The translations under genes and the position numbers were made by a program. The notes beneath the pieces were generated by a model that ran no database searches, had not been told where the DNA came from, and worked only from the letters and a program-made list of their open reading frames with translations. Shown here in pieces: positions 63,974 through 64,000 of a stretch of DNA of 64,000 nt. Each line of letters starts with the position of its first letter. Within the stretch, counting starts at the first letter, position 1. This DNA is from an uncultured Nitrososphaerales archaeon (GTDB taxonomy: Archaea > Thermoproteota > Nitrososphaeria > Nitrososphaerales > Nitrososphaeraceae), in assembly GCA_963841565.1 (NCBI GenBank), contig CAWJCY010000006.1, positions 256,001 through 320,000 on the forward strand. The letters run 5' to 3'.

Positions 63974-64000
63974 TAACTATACAATAATAGGAACAGAGAT

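Overview
Chromosomal window from an ammonia-oxidising archaeon, most likely Nitrososphaeraceae. The basis is an archaeal L15e/EF-2/CDC48/ESCRT-III (CdvB) set, an ADP-forming 4-hydroxybutyryl-CoA synthetase of the thaumarchaeal HP/HB cycle, mpgS, frequent TTG starts and long AT-rich intergenic regions. Most of the window is housekeeping: leuD (3' end), rpl15e, serA-like, alaS, leuS, rpl2, cdc48, purB, glnA, ilvA, EF-2, pfdA, ftsY, argF and udgB. The most interesting part is about 51-59 kb, an apparent organic-nitrogen utilisation locus. It holds an atypical ureohydrolase translationally coupled to a stand-alone urease-gamma-like protein, a P-II protein, a divergent group II chaperonin with a His-rich tail, a sodium:solute symporter and a TerC protein. 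The ureohydrolase promoter shares an identically spaced motif with the glnA promoter. Other notable items are a nuclease-fold/QueD fusion, a SelD-like protein lacking the Cys/Lys motif, a NarX-P-box-like sensor kinase, an iteron-like repeat array, and a decayed tyrosine integrase next to a tRNA-like element. Five genes carry single +1 frameshifts that are probably sequencing errors. No rRNA, intact tRNA or CRISPR array was seen. All family calls are from motif recognition, with no database searches.
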